A DNA stretch of 64,000 nt from Octopus sinensis. Its lineage: Eukaryota. Below are positions 28,135-39,468 of this stretch, piece by piece. A program made the position numbers and the translations under genes. Under the pieces are notes generated by a model. That model was not told the DNA's origin. It did not search any database and worked only from the letters and a program-made list of their open reading frames with translations. Positions within the stretch are counted from its first letter, which is position 1. Every line of letters begins with the position of its first letter. The stretch lies in contig NC_043011.1 of NCBI RefSeq assembly GCF_006345805.1, forward strand, positions 18,798,464-18,862,463, in the 5' to 3' direction.

Positions 28135-28181
28135 ACACGTGCCCAAGGTGCCACGCAAGCTACTTACCACACAGCCACTCC

Positions 28182-28238
<57 letters not shown>

Positions 28239-28259
28239 ATATAATATATATATAATATA

Positions 28260-28290
<31 letters not shown>

Positions 28291-28820
28291 GATCAATAAA
28301 TGGTGGGGTTGTGTTGACCGCACGTGGAGAAATGATAAGTAAGGAAAAATTTTTTTTTAAATGCAGAATGCTCAAATGAAAGAAAATTTTAATAAAATGA
28401 GAAATTGATAAAATATATAAATATATATTTATTCAACCGGTTTTCGTCATTGTATGCTGAATTAAACAACACAACACATGCTCTTAATCCCTTTGGATCT
28501 TAACACATCAAGGTAATTTTTTCGTGAACAACCATAAAACTCAAGATACACAACGAACTCACAATGTATCGGAGAACTTATTTTTTAATTTTTGTACATT
28601 TTTATCATTATTCTTTTACAAAAAACAATGCAATTTTCTTTTTTTCCCCTTTCTAATTTTTAAAAAAACTTTTTAAAACATAAATATTCTTGACAAGTCA
28701 TACAATGACGAAAACCGGTTGAATAAATATATATTTATATATTTTATCAATTTCTCATTTTATTAAAATTTTCTTTCATTTGAGCATTCTGCATTTAAAA
28801 AAAAATTTTTCCTTACTTAT
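28291..28820. repeat. duplicated Penelope terminus forming a fold-back
   Basis: 28291-28456 is a direct repeat of 26239-26404; 28457-28820 is an inverted copy of about 26283-26651. Confidence 0.95.
28685..28725 (+). ncRNA. hammerhead-like motif with U3-A8 core (inverted pLTR copy)
   Basis: UAUUC-UUGACAA-GUCA(UACAA)UGAC-GAA-A-ACCGGU-U-GAAUA; perfect stem I and II, palindromic stem III ACCGGU. Confidence 0.6.
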
Positions 28821-28844
28821 ATATATATATATATACATATATAT

Positions 28845-28972
28845 ACGACGGACTTCTTTCAGTTTCCATGTACCAAATCCACTCACAAGGTTTTGGTCGG
28901 CCCGAGGCTGTAACAGAAGACACGTGCCCAAGGTGCCACGCAAGCTACTTACCACACAGCCACTCCTACGCC
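28845..28972 (-). mobile_element. SINE family A 5' half with about 36-nt deletion removing the B box
   Basis: CTTCTTTCAGTTTCC...GTGCCCAAGGTGCCACGC|AAGCTACTTACCACAC compared with intact 14410-14575. Confidence 0.85.
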
Positions 28973-29730
28973 TATTAATAATATTTTTTCTTTATAAACG
29001 ACTATGTGGTGAAATAGCTGTTAGAGAATGATAAAGTGTGTGTTTGCGTAAAATAGCCTGGGAATATTAGAATATTTCAAACAAAGGATACTAAAATCCA
29101 AGTTACGATTCGTCTAGGCGAGAGCGACATCCGTTATCTATTCGTTAGCGCCCAGTGGAATACAGCAAAAACCAGAAAATGTCATGGGATGCATACTATA
29201 AATGAAAGAAATGAGATGAATAAATCTCAATCTTGAAAGGAACACGAGAAATAAATTTAAAGACACAAATCTTTAGTATTGCCAGTTAAATATTATTTTC
29301 TCTTCGAACCGCACAAGAGATAGAAGAGAAATTATATTTAGATAAGAGAAAAGAGGAGACAAAAGTGAGAAAAAATGAGACAATCTAAATCTGGAACTGA
29401 AAAAAGAAGAATTGAAAAAAAGAAGTGAAAAAGAAGAATTAATATTAGGAATAATTCGTTACTGTACTTATATTTGTGAAGTGAAACGTTTTCTTTTTGT
29501 CTCCTTTACTCTCTGTGTCCTGCTGTTCAGCTGGATACAGTTACCACTACGACAATTGGCCACGATGCGGTTCTCCACACTTCACATGACACAGTTGCTG
29601 AGCGAAGACAAGAAATTGCAATATTGTTATTGTGTATCAGAACCGCATCAAGAACTCCAAGAGTAGTCAGAGTGTAGACCTCGGAAACCGGGGATCGCAC
29701 GTTCACACATAGTAAGGTAAATATGGCTTT

Positions 29731-29771
<41 letters not shown>

Positions 29772-29864
29772 GTTAATCCAAACAAGAAAGCACAGAAAAA
29801 CACAACGCGAGGACGTGGAACAAATATAGTATTATTGGACGCTCAGGAAAGAAGGAAAGAAGGA

Positions 29865-29899
29865 GTTTAACGTTTCGAGCAGAGCTCTTCGTCGGAAAC
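29865..29899 (-). ncRNA. minimal hammerhead-like motif with C4 core, in a (TA)n-adjacent repeat (about 29775-29970)
   Basis: GUUU-CCGACGA-A-GAGC(UCU)GCUC-GAA-ACGU-U-AAAC; perfect stems, palindromic stem III. Confidence 0.65.
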
Positions 29900-30254
29900 A
29901 TAGGAGAAGGAAAGATCCAGAGAAGGGAAGACAGAGGAAAAAATCGCCAACGGTACACACGCGGTCACATGTATCTATATATAGGTGTGTGTGTAATTTA
30001 ATGTGTGCGTTCGTTGCGCATACTTTATGAGGTATCTATTTCTGCTTGCCACTTTCTAGCGCCATTATGTAGCACTCTATGTTCCTATCATTTTCTCCCT
30101 TCTTTCGCTAGTTACCTGTTTCTCTTTCTTTTTCTTCTTCTCCAATGTTCTTATCCTCCTCCCCATGCTTAATGGTTATTTTCTCTTTCTTTCATTTGTA
30201 ACACCTGATTTGTGTATGCATACACCAGGGGATTATGTGCACGTACATGTGTAC

Positions 30255-30322
<68 letters not shown>

Positions 30323-30519
30323 CACGGAATTTTATCAGTGAACAGGTCGCGGTCTTAAAGCGACGAAAATATTTTGACAAGTTAAACTTAAATGTTGAAG
30401 TGAATCGAACGGCTTTTGTGTGTTTCTTAAATGGCTTAGAAACACCTTCCACGCTGCAATTGTTTTCGTCTCAGCACACGATCTCAGATCAAATCACTTG
30501 CTATGCAAGTACATCTCCG

Positions 30520-30553
<34 letters not shown>

Positions 30554-30655
30554 TTTAAATAATGAGGGAGATAAATTGAAAATTAATTTAATTAATATCA
30601 ATTTAAAACCAGTAGCCTAGCATACACAAATCTGAAAAATCAGAGAAAATTCTAA

Positions 30656-30907
30656 TACATGTGTATAGATGAAGGGCAAGCCACTATGTGGTCGGCTGTA
30701 TGCTAGAAGGAGATCACCTACGATCAAACTACAAAGAAAGGAATGTTCTCTAGAGGGAAATTCCGCGGTCACCAGAACGAAATTTCTTTCTTGTGTCCTC
30801 TGAATTTTCCTCTAGAGAACATTCCTTTCTTTGTAGTTTGATCGTAGGTGTTCTCCTATTTCTAGCATACGGCCGACCACATAGTGGCTTACCCTTCATA
30901 TATACAC

Positions 30908-30912
<5 letters not shown>
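30656..30912. repeat. fold-back palindrome, arms about 108 bp with about 38-nt spacer
   Basis: 30656-30763 pairs with 30802-30912 (e.g. CCACTATGTGGTCGG/CCGACCACATAGTGG; CTACGATCAAACTACAAAGAAAGGAATGTTCTCTAGAGG and its reverse complement). Confidence 0.92.
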
Positions 30913-30945
<33 letters not shown>

Positions 30946-31032
30946 AAAGTTTACGAAAAAGCAAAAGACGAAGACAAGTGGCGTACAAAACAAATTAGTG
31001 TATTAGCATAACGCTCAGGAATAGAAAATGTA

Positions 31033-31066
31033 TTTTACATTTCGTGCCTACGCTCTTCTTCAGAAA
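31033..31066 (-). ncRNA. slightly decayed minimal hammerhead-like motif
   Basis: UUU-CUGAAGA-A-GAGC(GUAG)GCAC-GAA-AUGU-A-AAA; intact core, one mismatch each in stem II and stem III. Confidence 0.55.
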
Positions 31067-31507
31067 GGTACACAGAAAAATCAAGGAGAGAAAATAAAGT
31101 GTGTAGTGGTTAACGATCTATCATGGCGTGTGTGTGTGTTTGTATATATAAATGTGTCGCCTATATGTGTGTATATGTATACAACTACTTACAAGCGTAT
31201 TTGTGTTTTAGTGTATATATATATATATTATAGATGGGTTAGAATGAGCATATGCTGAAAATGCATAAATAACCCAACGTGAAAAGGGTTAATTTTTTAA
31301 TTTTTAAACGGATATTACATTTAATGTATTCATTTCGTAATATTTTGCATATAATCAATTACCCAATGTAATTAGGCTGGCTCAGACCTTTTATAAACTT
31401 TTTTTGATTTAGGCTCGTTGTGTGACCACCCATTTTGGCCAAAAAAATTGCATACATATTACACGGTCTTAAACTAATTTTGCCGGTAAATTTGAAACAT
31501 TTATATT

Positions 31508-31658
31508 ACGTTCTGAGTTCAAATTCCGCCGAGGTCGACTCTGCCTTTCATCCTTTCGGGGTCGATAAATTAAGTACCAGTTACGCACTGGGGTCGATGC
31601 AATCGACATAACCCGTTTGTCCCCTCTGTGTTTAGCCCCTTGTGGGCAGTAAAGAAAT
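31508..31658 (+). mobile_element. SINE family B headless body unit
   Basis: GAGTTCAAATTCC (B box) followed by GTCGACTCTGCCTTTCATCCTTTCGGGGTCGATAAATTAAGTACCAG; matches the units at 45790-46342. Confidence 0.85.
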
Positions 31659-31840
31659 ATATATTAATTTAGCATTAAAATTCAAGTTGCATAAAAATTG
31701 TTTGCAACATTCGAAAGAAATAAATTTTGCATAAGGTGTAAAAGATATAAATAATTTGTCTGGTGTTAGTAACAAAATATTTTGTAAGAAATAGAAATTT
31801 TATCGTCGGTCTTAAATATATTTTCGCCAGTGTATATATC

Positions 31841-32345
31841 TCAGGTCATCCCATAAATTCTGTCCGAATTTTGGATAAAGAATCCAAGTGATCAAATGTT
31901 ATATTTAATTAAAAGTTAATCCTCAATGTACTTTCCCTGATTATCTATGACTTACTTCCATCTATTTACAAGCTTTTTAATCCCATCAATGTAAAACTCA
32001 TTTAGTTTCAAAGCGAATAACTCTGAAATGTCAGGTTCGACCTCCTCCTGGCTTGCCAAAGTTGTGTCCCCCTAATAATTCTGTAAACTATGAAACAAAT
32101 GGTATCCTGAAGGAGTAAGGTCAGGAGAATAAGTTGGATGAAGAAATTTTTCCAAACCGACCTCTTCGATCTTCTGTGATGTGATCTTTGCAGTGTGGGG
32201 TTGCGAATTGTCCTGATGAAACATCACTCGCTTTCGACTCACTAAAGCGGCTCTTTTCTCCTTCAAAGCATGGTTCAAACACTCTAATTGCTGACAGTAG
32301 ACTTGAGCATTGATTGTTGCATTAGGTGGTAACAATATAAAGTGA
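31841..32345 (-). mobile_element. mariner 3' half with terminal sequence
   Basis: LLPPNATINAQVYCQQL...VMFHQDNSQPHTAKIT...HPTYSPDLTPSGYHLF; C-terminus continues after a frameshift; TIR-like CAGGTCATCCCATAAATTCTGTCCG after TA. Confidence 0.9.
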
Positions 32346-32347
32346 AT

Positions 32348-32409
<62 letters not shown>

Positions 32410-32411
<2 letters not shown>

Positions 32412-32650
32412 CCTACCGGATGCTCCAAATCACACAGGCAAGTTTCAAGATTGCCTCACAAGAATTAAAGAAATCCTCATGAATCTGGAACACCACGTGA
32501 CCATATTTCTTATGTGTGATTTCAACTTCCCCAACGTCAAATGGCCCGAAGGTCTCATACTCTCAGGAATGAATCATTGCAAGCAAGTACAGGTGGAAAC
32601 CAAGTTATATCTCAATATCGCTAGTGATGACAATACTCAAAATATATAAC
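32410..32650 (+). mobile_element. CR1/L2-like LINE APE endonuclease fragment
   Basis: Manual translation PDAPNHTGKFQDCLTRIKEILMNLEHHVTIFLMCDFNFPNVKW resembles the YRPP...IxxGDFNxPxIxW APE motif. Confidence 0.7.
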
Positions 32651-33289
32651 AGACTGGAATTGTAGGCCCGTCTCTTGCAATTTCGATGAATTGGATCTTG
32701 TCCTCCCTCTTGTATAGAAGTGTACGGCTGCAGCGAAATTCATTTCTGGACTTTCTACTATCGAAGGCATTTCAAGAAATATGCTTCCGTAAAGAAGGTG
32801 AAAATATTGTCAATTTCCCCATACAGGGACACAATTCAATTTTTAAACAATAACCAAAGCCCTTCTCCGAAAGGGAGAGTGTTACGGTTTGCAATTATTT
32901 AACAAATGCAACATAACAACGTTTCCCTGACGAAGAACCAACAAATGTGATTACAATAGCCAAACAGTAATAATAATAACAACAAACCTTTTTAATTTAT
33001 CCCCATTTATGTGAAACCACTTATTCAATTTCAAGTCATTGATGCAATTTTATACGAATTGCTAATACGCACACACATACATAATAAGGGGGAAACATTG
33101 CATACTAATTTGATTAATATGAATTGAAAACTAGTGGTGTAGCATATAAGACCATAGCGGATATTATTCTAGCAAAATGAATGACCACTGTTAATGGTTC
33201 ATCCCTGTTTTATAATACTTTCACTTTAATAGTTTCAGTATTAAAGTGAATGTCTGCATTACAATAGAGAGATGTTTTTGCTTCACCTT

Positions 33290-33439
33290 TAATATTGCTG
33301 TGGAGTCGCCCTAGGGAAAAAGTTAAAATTCGTTTTGCCGATGACACTCCCCAGACCTCAAGTAAGGCATGTGTAAAATTTGAATGAAATTGGTTGTGTA
33401 GTTCTCAAGTTTAGGGAGACACACAGACAGACACACATT

Positions 33440-33460
<21 letters not shown>
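33290..33460 (+). mobile_element. possible non-autonomous Helitron-like 3' remnant
   Basis: GTGTAAAATTTGAATGAAATTGGTTGTGTAG...ACAGACAGACAC...TTTATATATA architecture resembles Lep1-type Helitron ends (recalled). Confidence 0.35.
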
Positions 33461-33483
<23 letters not shown>

Positions 33484-33584
33484 TATATTAATTAGAGACA
33501 AAACCACTATTATGCAAATCAAACAAAGAAAGACTTAATCCAATACATAAAAAAAATTATATAAATTAAATAAAATTAAATTCG

Positions 33585-33630
33585 CCACTACAATTGTTTC
33601 GTGTCTCTTCTAAGGACATTCATCAGGTGG
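33585..33630 (-). ncRNA. type I hammerhead-like motif (left palindrome arm)
   Basis: Exact reverse complement of 33680-33725. Confidence 0.7.
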
Positions 33631-33679
33631 TATTCAGATCTTCTATTCAATTTTAAGTTATGAATAGAAGATCTGAATA

Positions 33680-33725
33680 CCACCTGATGAATGTCCTTAG
33701 AAGAGACACGAAACAATTGTAGTGG
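33680..33725 (+). ncRNA. type I hammerhead-like motif (right palindrome arm)
   Basis: CCAC-CUGAUGA-A-UGUC(CUUAGAAGA)GACA-C-GAA-AC(AAUU)GU-A-GUGG; stem III ACAAUUGU is palindromic; GUA triplet. Confidence 0.75.
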
Positions 33726-33920
33726 CGAATTTAATTTTATTTAATTAACATAAAATTTTTTATGTATTGGATTAAGTCTTTCTTTGTTTGATTTGCATAA
33801 TAGTGGTTTTGCCTCTAATTAATATTATATAATATTTTACTATAAAATTGGATTCAGTCCTAAATCTGATTTTTCCCTGTAAATTTGGATTTATTCCCTA
33901 ATATATTATTATTATATATA

Positions 33921-33972
<52 letters not shown>

Positions 33973-33994
33973 TATATATATGTATGTATTTATG

Positions 33995-34029
<35 letters not shown>

Positions 34030-34067
34030 CTGTAAATATAATATGTGACAATTATTCGGTAATTACG

Positions 34068-34126
34068 ATAATACTCCGAGTTTCGGATATCAGGGTGGAA
34101 GTCAACGCCGCCATCCGTTCAGTTAT
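34068..34126 (-). ncRNA. decayed hammerhead-like motif
   Basis: AUAA-CUGAAC-GGAU(loop)AUCC-GAA-AC(UCGGA)GU-A-UUAU; stems intact but the core lacks G8-A9. Confidence 0.4.
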
Positions 34127-34199
34127 CCGGCATCGGAACAGAGCTATGAAAATGACATATATATATATATGTGTGTGTGTATGTGTGTGTGTGTGTGTG

Positions 34200-34237
<38 letters not shown>

Positions 34238-34532
34238 TATGTATGTATTTATATACGCATATATGTATATATAATTATAATATATATTGATATATATATA
34301 TAAATTCATGACACCATTTTAATAGTTACGTACTGCTACCCGATTCACATTACATCTGCACATTACCTCGTAAAGATTTATCCGACATTGATCCCAAAAT
34401 ATTAGAGAGTATTCTAATAGATCTCAAGCTCTTATCACAAGGCATTAAACTTGCCAGAGAAACTTGAAATGTACGCCATAACTCCACGACTTAATTTTCT
34501 TTTCCTCACTACTTCTTTCTCATTCTTTACTC

Positions 34533-34563
<31 letters not shown>

Positions 34564-35019
34564 CCTCTTTCTACCTTTTTCAGTCCCTCTCTCCTTTCCT
34601 ATCTGTCTGTGATTTCCTTTACTCTCACTTGATAATTTAAGCTTGTGACCGCAAAATTAGTTTACAAGATGAAAAACGATATGTTTTATTTCTAAGAATT
34701 AATCATGCCTCAGACGGTATAGTTCCACGAAAGAATTCATTTGCCAGATCAAGCATCAGTTATTTAGTGTCTTCTACTCATTAGCCTTTAGAACCAATCA
34801 TGTTATTCACAGCCGAATGAGTCACATTCAGCTTAATTATTTGTTCCATTGTAGTGCAGCTATTCAATCTTACAGAATTGACTAGAAACAGATCAAGCAT
34901 TTTATGAAATCGTATTCATTTAATCATTCATTCAGTCATTCAGCGATACAGTCATTTTCCTCTCTCAATATTCCAATATTTTCTTTTAGAAATGATTCAA
35001 CAATCTGAAAACTTTTCAT

Positions 35020-35038
35020 CAATATATAAATATGTATA

Positions 35039-35107
<69 letters not shown>

Positions 35108-35136
35108 AAATATATATGTATTTGTATATGTATCTC

Positions 35137-35176
<40 letters not shown>

Positions 35177-35209
35177 AATATATATGTATTTGTATATGTG
35201 AATCTATAA

Positions 35210-35256
<47 letters not shown>

Positions 35257-35460
35257 AATATATATGTATTTGTAAATGTATATCTATAAATATATATATA
35301 TATATATATGCGTGTGTGTATTATATATATAGATATATATGCATACATGTATATGCCTATATGTATATATAAATATATTTATACATACATATACATATAT
35401 ATATATGTATGTATGTATAAACATATGTATATAAACATACATATATATTATATATAAGCA
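35020..35460. repeat. (TA)n-rich complex repeat with a roughly 70-bp higher-order unit repeated three times
   Basis: CAAATATATATGTATTTGTA recurs at about 35108, 35175 and 35254. Confidence 0.8.
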
Positions 35461-38400
35461 CAGCTGTATATATTCACGCGTATATATATAGATACTGTGT
35501 TTGCGTGTTTATGCATGTGTATGTGTGCGTGTGTTTGCATGTCTGTAAGTCAATATATGTGTGCGTGTGTGTGTGTGCGTGTGTATGTGTGTGCGTGTGT
35601 GTAATAATGTCTATAAAGACATTCCAAGTACATTTCATATATAGAGGTATTGACGCACAAAAAGCTTCACAATTACTGCTACTGAAATAACATTTCACAT
35701 AGGTTCACGCAGTTATATATAAACAGAATAATCATATATGAGTCTGTTTTCATATATGTGCTTATGTTGTAATAGTTTACGGTGGATGGAATTCTGTGAC
35801 TTATTGCAATATCTTCATGTAATGTAAGTATGTTTCCTCTTGAGAATCAGAAACATTTTCGCATATATTAATGTATTACTAGATTCTTCGCTTGATTAGT
35901 ATTTTAGTCACAGAAAAGATTTTGATATTCCAAATAAAGAAATTCATTAATATTAAACTCATATGAAAATAAACTATTCGAAACTTTAAACCGAGTACAT
36001 CTGACAATGTTATGTAGCAGACAGTCAAATGAAAGTAAATTGCAATTAGAAAGAAAATAATGATTTCTGTTACTACTTTAGAAAGAATAGTAATTGAAAA
36101 GTTTCCTTCATGGTAGAGCGAAGATTTGCTATAGTTTCTGCCCGTCTTTCAATCAGTTCAAGTTCTCGTCAATTCATAATGTAATACATAATGTTTTAAA
36201 TAGTTACGAAGCACAATAAGAACTTAATATGTACGTTTGGCCAATCTGTCTTTCATCACACGTTTACACGTTTATACTTTTCTGGTGTGTCTAACGAAAT
36301 TTTGGTACATTTAAATATTACCTAAGTTGATCGTATATTGGTAAACAACTCTTAGAATGACAGCATGTGACATGCATACGAAATGTGTCTGAAATCTTCG
36401 GAAGACTCGGTGATAATCAACATCAACCAAAATATCTCACTGAATGGAAACGGAATCTAAAAAAGCACTAAATAAATTTTGCATATTCTTCTCTTTTCAC
36501 AATACTTCTTTCGCCACATAGAGTGGTTATTTGGGCATTCCTTTTTATGTAAGTAATATCCGCTCTGAAAATCTAAAAATTATTATCATGGAAATGAATC
36601 TTTTTATAAAATGGTGAGAACAAACCTCAATGAAAAAACGAGGATCGGTGGATCAAAAAAGACATTCAGAATTCGAATGCATGAAATTGTTAGCTGGTTG
36701 AAGGAAAAATATCCTTTTATATTGAAGTAAACTTTAATGCTTGAAAAACGTAAGATTACTTAATGATGGTTTAATTTTTTGTTGCTGAAACGGTCAGAAA
36801 CGAAAGGTAACAGTGCCATGACATTTTACGTGTTCGAATGTTTGACTTGCGCGTGCGTGCATGTAGGTACGCGAGTGTTTCTGGTTACGTGTATGTGTAA
36901 TCCTTTTTCTACCGTACATGTTGCAATAAAACATGGCTAAGCAAATGATTGAAATATTCTCTAAATTTTACCATATATGCTTAATGGTCCTTTATGTTTC
37001 TTCCTTACGTTTCCTAAATTTGTCAGTTTGGTCTATAATCAGTCAGTCTGAAATTCAAGTTGGCTTGTTATAGTAGTTAATAATGCTTGCATTCTATGAC
37101 GAGTAGGTCAGTGACTTATAAATACATTAATAACGGGTAAAATCCTCCACGAGATTATATCAAGTTACATGTTAGTAGCTATGAAGACGTAATATATTTT
37201 CGGGAGAATTGTATCTGCATATGTTCAATTTAAATTTGTATTTTACTAATTGTAAATCTTCTCTTCCCCGAATTTGCACTTCTATGCATAATTTTGGTGC
37301 TGTCATATACATATATGACTGTGTATATCCCTGTATTTATGTGACTATAAATACCTTTATATGCATAGACATATAAATATACATGTATTGCATTTGCTAA
37401 TGGTGCTTATTGTACTTGGTATTTTTGTTCAATTGCTGACAATTATTAATATTAAAGAAAGGAGTTTTGGGATTTTCGTAGTTATACCCATATATCTCTG
37501 TTGTTAAGCCTAAACCGTTTGAGAGTGGATGATAATCCAAGTGCAGTCAAGAATTATCACCACCCCTTCGACATTCTGAGCGGTACTACTTGTGTACCAG
37601 GTATTGGTGAATCACGAATGCAGTCTTCCCCTGTCAGTTTATCTGAGAAATATTTGTCAAAGTGTACTCCCACACAAGTTGTCACTGGTTTACTAAATGA
37701 CATTTATTATATTTCCTTTTTTGAAATGTCAGTTCAGCAGGCCCTCCAGTAATCTCTGCGTGTGGCGTCCTATAAGGCTTTGTGGTTGAGCGAATAATAT
37801 TTCTTCGTGGGGTTTATCACAAAGTTCATGATGTTATTACGAAACTTTATTTCTTTATAATTGTTTACGGCTTTCTATTTGTTATGTTTACTGTTAGCAC
37901 TCAGAAAAAGAGCTTCACGATTTTCTTGAAGTATTTTTGTAAACGTTTGTTTGCAAAGATTGATGGAATCAAAATTTGTATACACCTTGAATATACTTAG
38001 TTGTTACAAGGAAAATTATTTCTGTACCGCATTGTGTCAAATGATTCTAATCATACATATCTATAACGAATTTATCTCTCTCGCTCTATTTCGAGAATAT
38101 ATTAGTGAATTGATAAATTAAACTGAAAACCATGACATTATATTTAACAAGAGAATACATACGTACTTTGTGAAATTTCAAAATTAAATAATTATATACT
38201 GTAATGAATACCTGAAATTGTAATATATACAAGAAAGTTAACTACAAAATTCTAGTAATAAATAATGCGGATGTAAAACTACGAGAGACAATACGATTAT
38301 GTGCAAATTCTTTCGTAATATGCTCTCAGTGTTTTGACGAAGAATATGTTACTCACTCATGCATGACACCTGCCTTTTAGGATGACGTGTGGTATTTAAC

Positions 38401-39409
38401 TGAAATGACACAGATTTTTCGACTTATCAGCATTCCATAGTCACTCCCCAAAGTTGATGAATCGAGTGTATTGTCAAAACTTTTTACCTTCATGTCACTG
38501 TTATTCGAATTCGATATACCACTCCAATGAAAGTATTCATCTTCAAATCTGCAGGACCGTATGATTGTTTACATTATCCTGTGGCATCTTACTCCTTTTT
38601 TTGCGCACGATAAATTATTATAGATTTGGCAGACAGCAGCACATATCTATAAATAATTTCTGCGCTGAATTTTATAACAAAAAATGACAATGTGTAACTT
38701 CATAGTAATTTTCATTCCTAGATATCATACATGCATCAAATTAAAAATAAAAAGCGTACATCATTCTGCAAATTCTAATATAAATATATACCAATAGAAA
38801 AAAAAAACTTAATTCATAAACAGCAAAATGGACACCTTAGTAATTTGTACTATGCTGCACAAGACCATTTATAATACCTCCAGAATAACGACATAAATGA
38901 AAATACTCAAATGATATATAATGGCTTCAATAGCCGATGTGAAATATAATAGGATTAATTTAGAATTTTTTAAAATTCATAACCGTAAATGACGGGTAAC
39001 AAATAGAGTTTCAGCACCGGAGTGCTCCAAAGTATGGGAATGAAATCTAGTAAATAAACAAAATAAATTTTACTTTATGCTATAATATATTGTTTATGTT
39101 GCCCGCACAATTATTTAATAGTCAGTTATGAATTTTGTAATTTAAGTAAACACTATATTGATTCATAAGGCAACTTCACAATTGAGGCAAAAGTAGAAAG
39201 CAACTTTGCATAAGAACTTAAATTAGTAAATTAATTAAAATGGTAAGACATTGTGATATACCGTAGTTAAACTTCGACGTTTCTACATAAGTCACAGCAA
39301 TATTGATTCCATTAGCTTATGCATGTATCACAATTTTGAAATTTTGCATACATTAAGACAATTTTAGAAATAGATGAACAAACTAACACACACATACACA
39401 ACACCGACA

Positions 39410-39468
<59 letters not shown>

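Larger units (their letters stand above)
33486..33824. repeat. fold-back palindrome, arms about 164 bp with 11-nt loop
   Basis: 33486-33649 pairs with 33661-33824 with few mismatches; abuts (TA)n. Confidence 0.95.

Noticed and set aside
27852-28154. MAPWARV as the N-terminus of the RT ORF
   Set aside because: Those codons come from the adjacent SINE fragment; the Penelope RT is truncated just upstream of YLDD
32920-32970. CTGACGAAGAAC (similar string at about 56048) as a hammerhead core
   Set aside because: Neither copy has a convincing stem II-GAAA-stem III continuation
37501-37752. 83-aa ORF, and a minus-strand IRDSPIPGTQVV cadherin-like string
   Set aside because: No recognisable domain; frames are interrupted and splice signals weak
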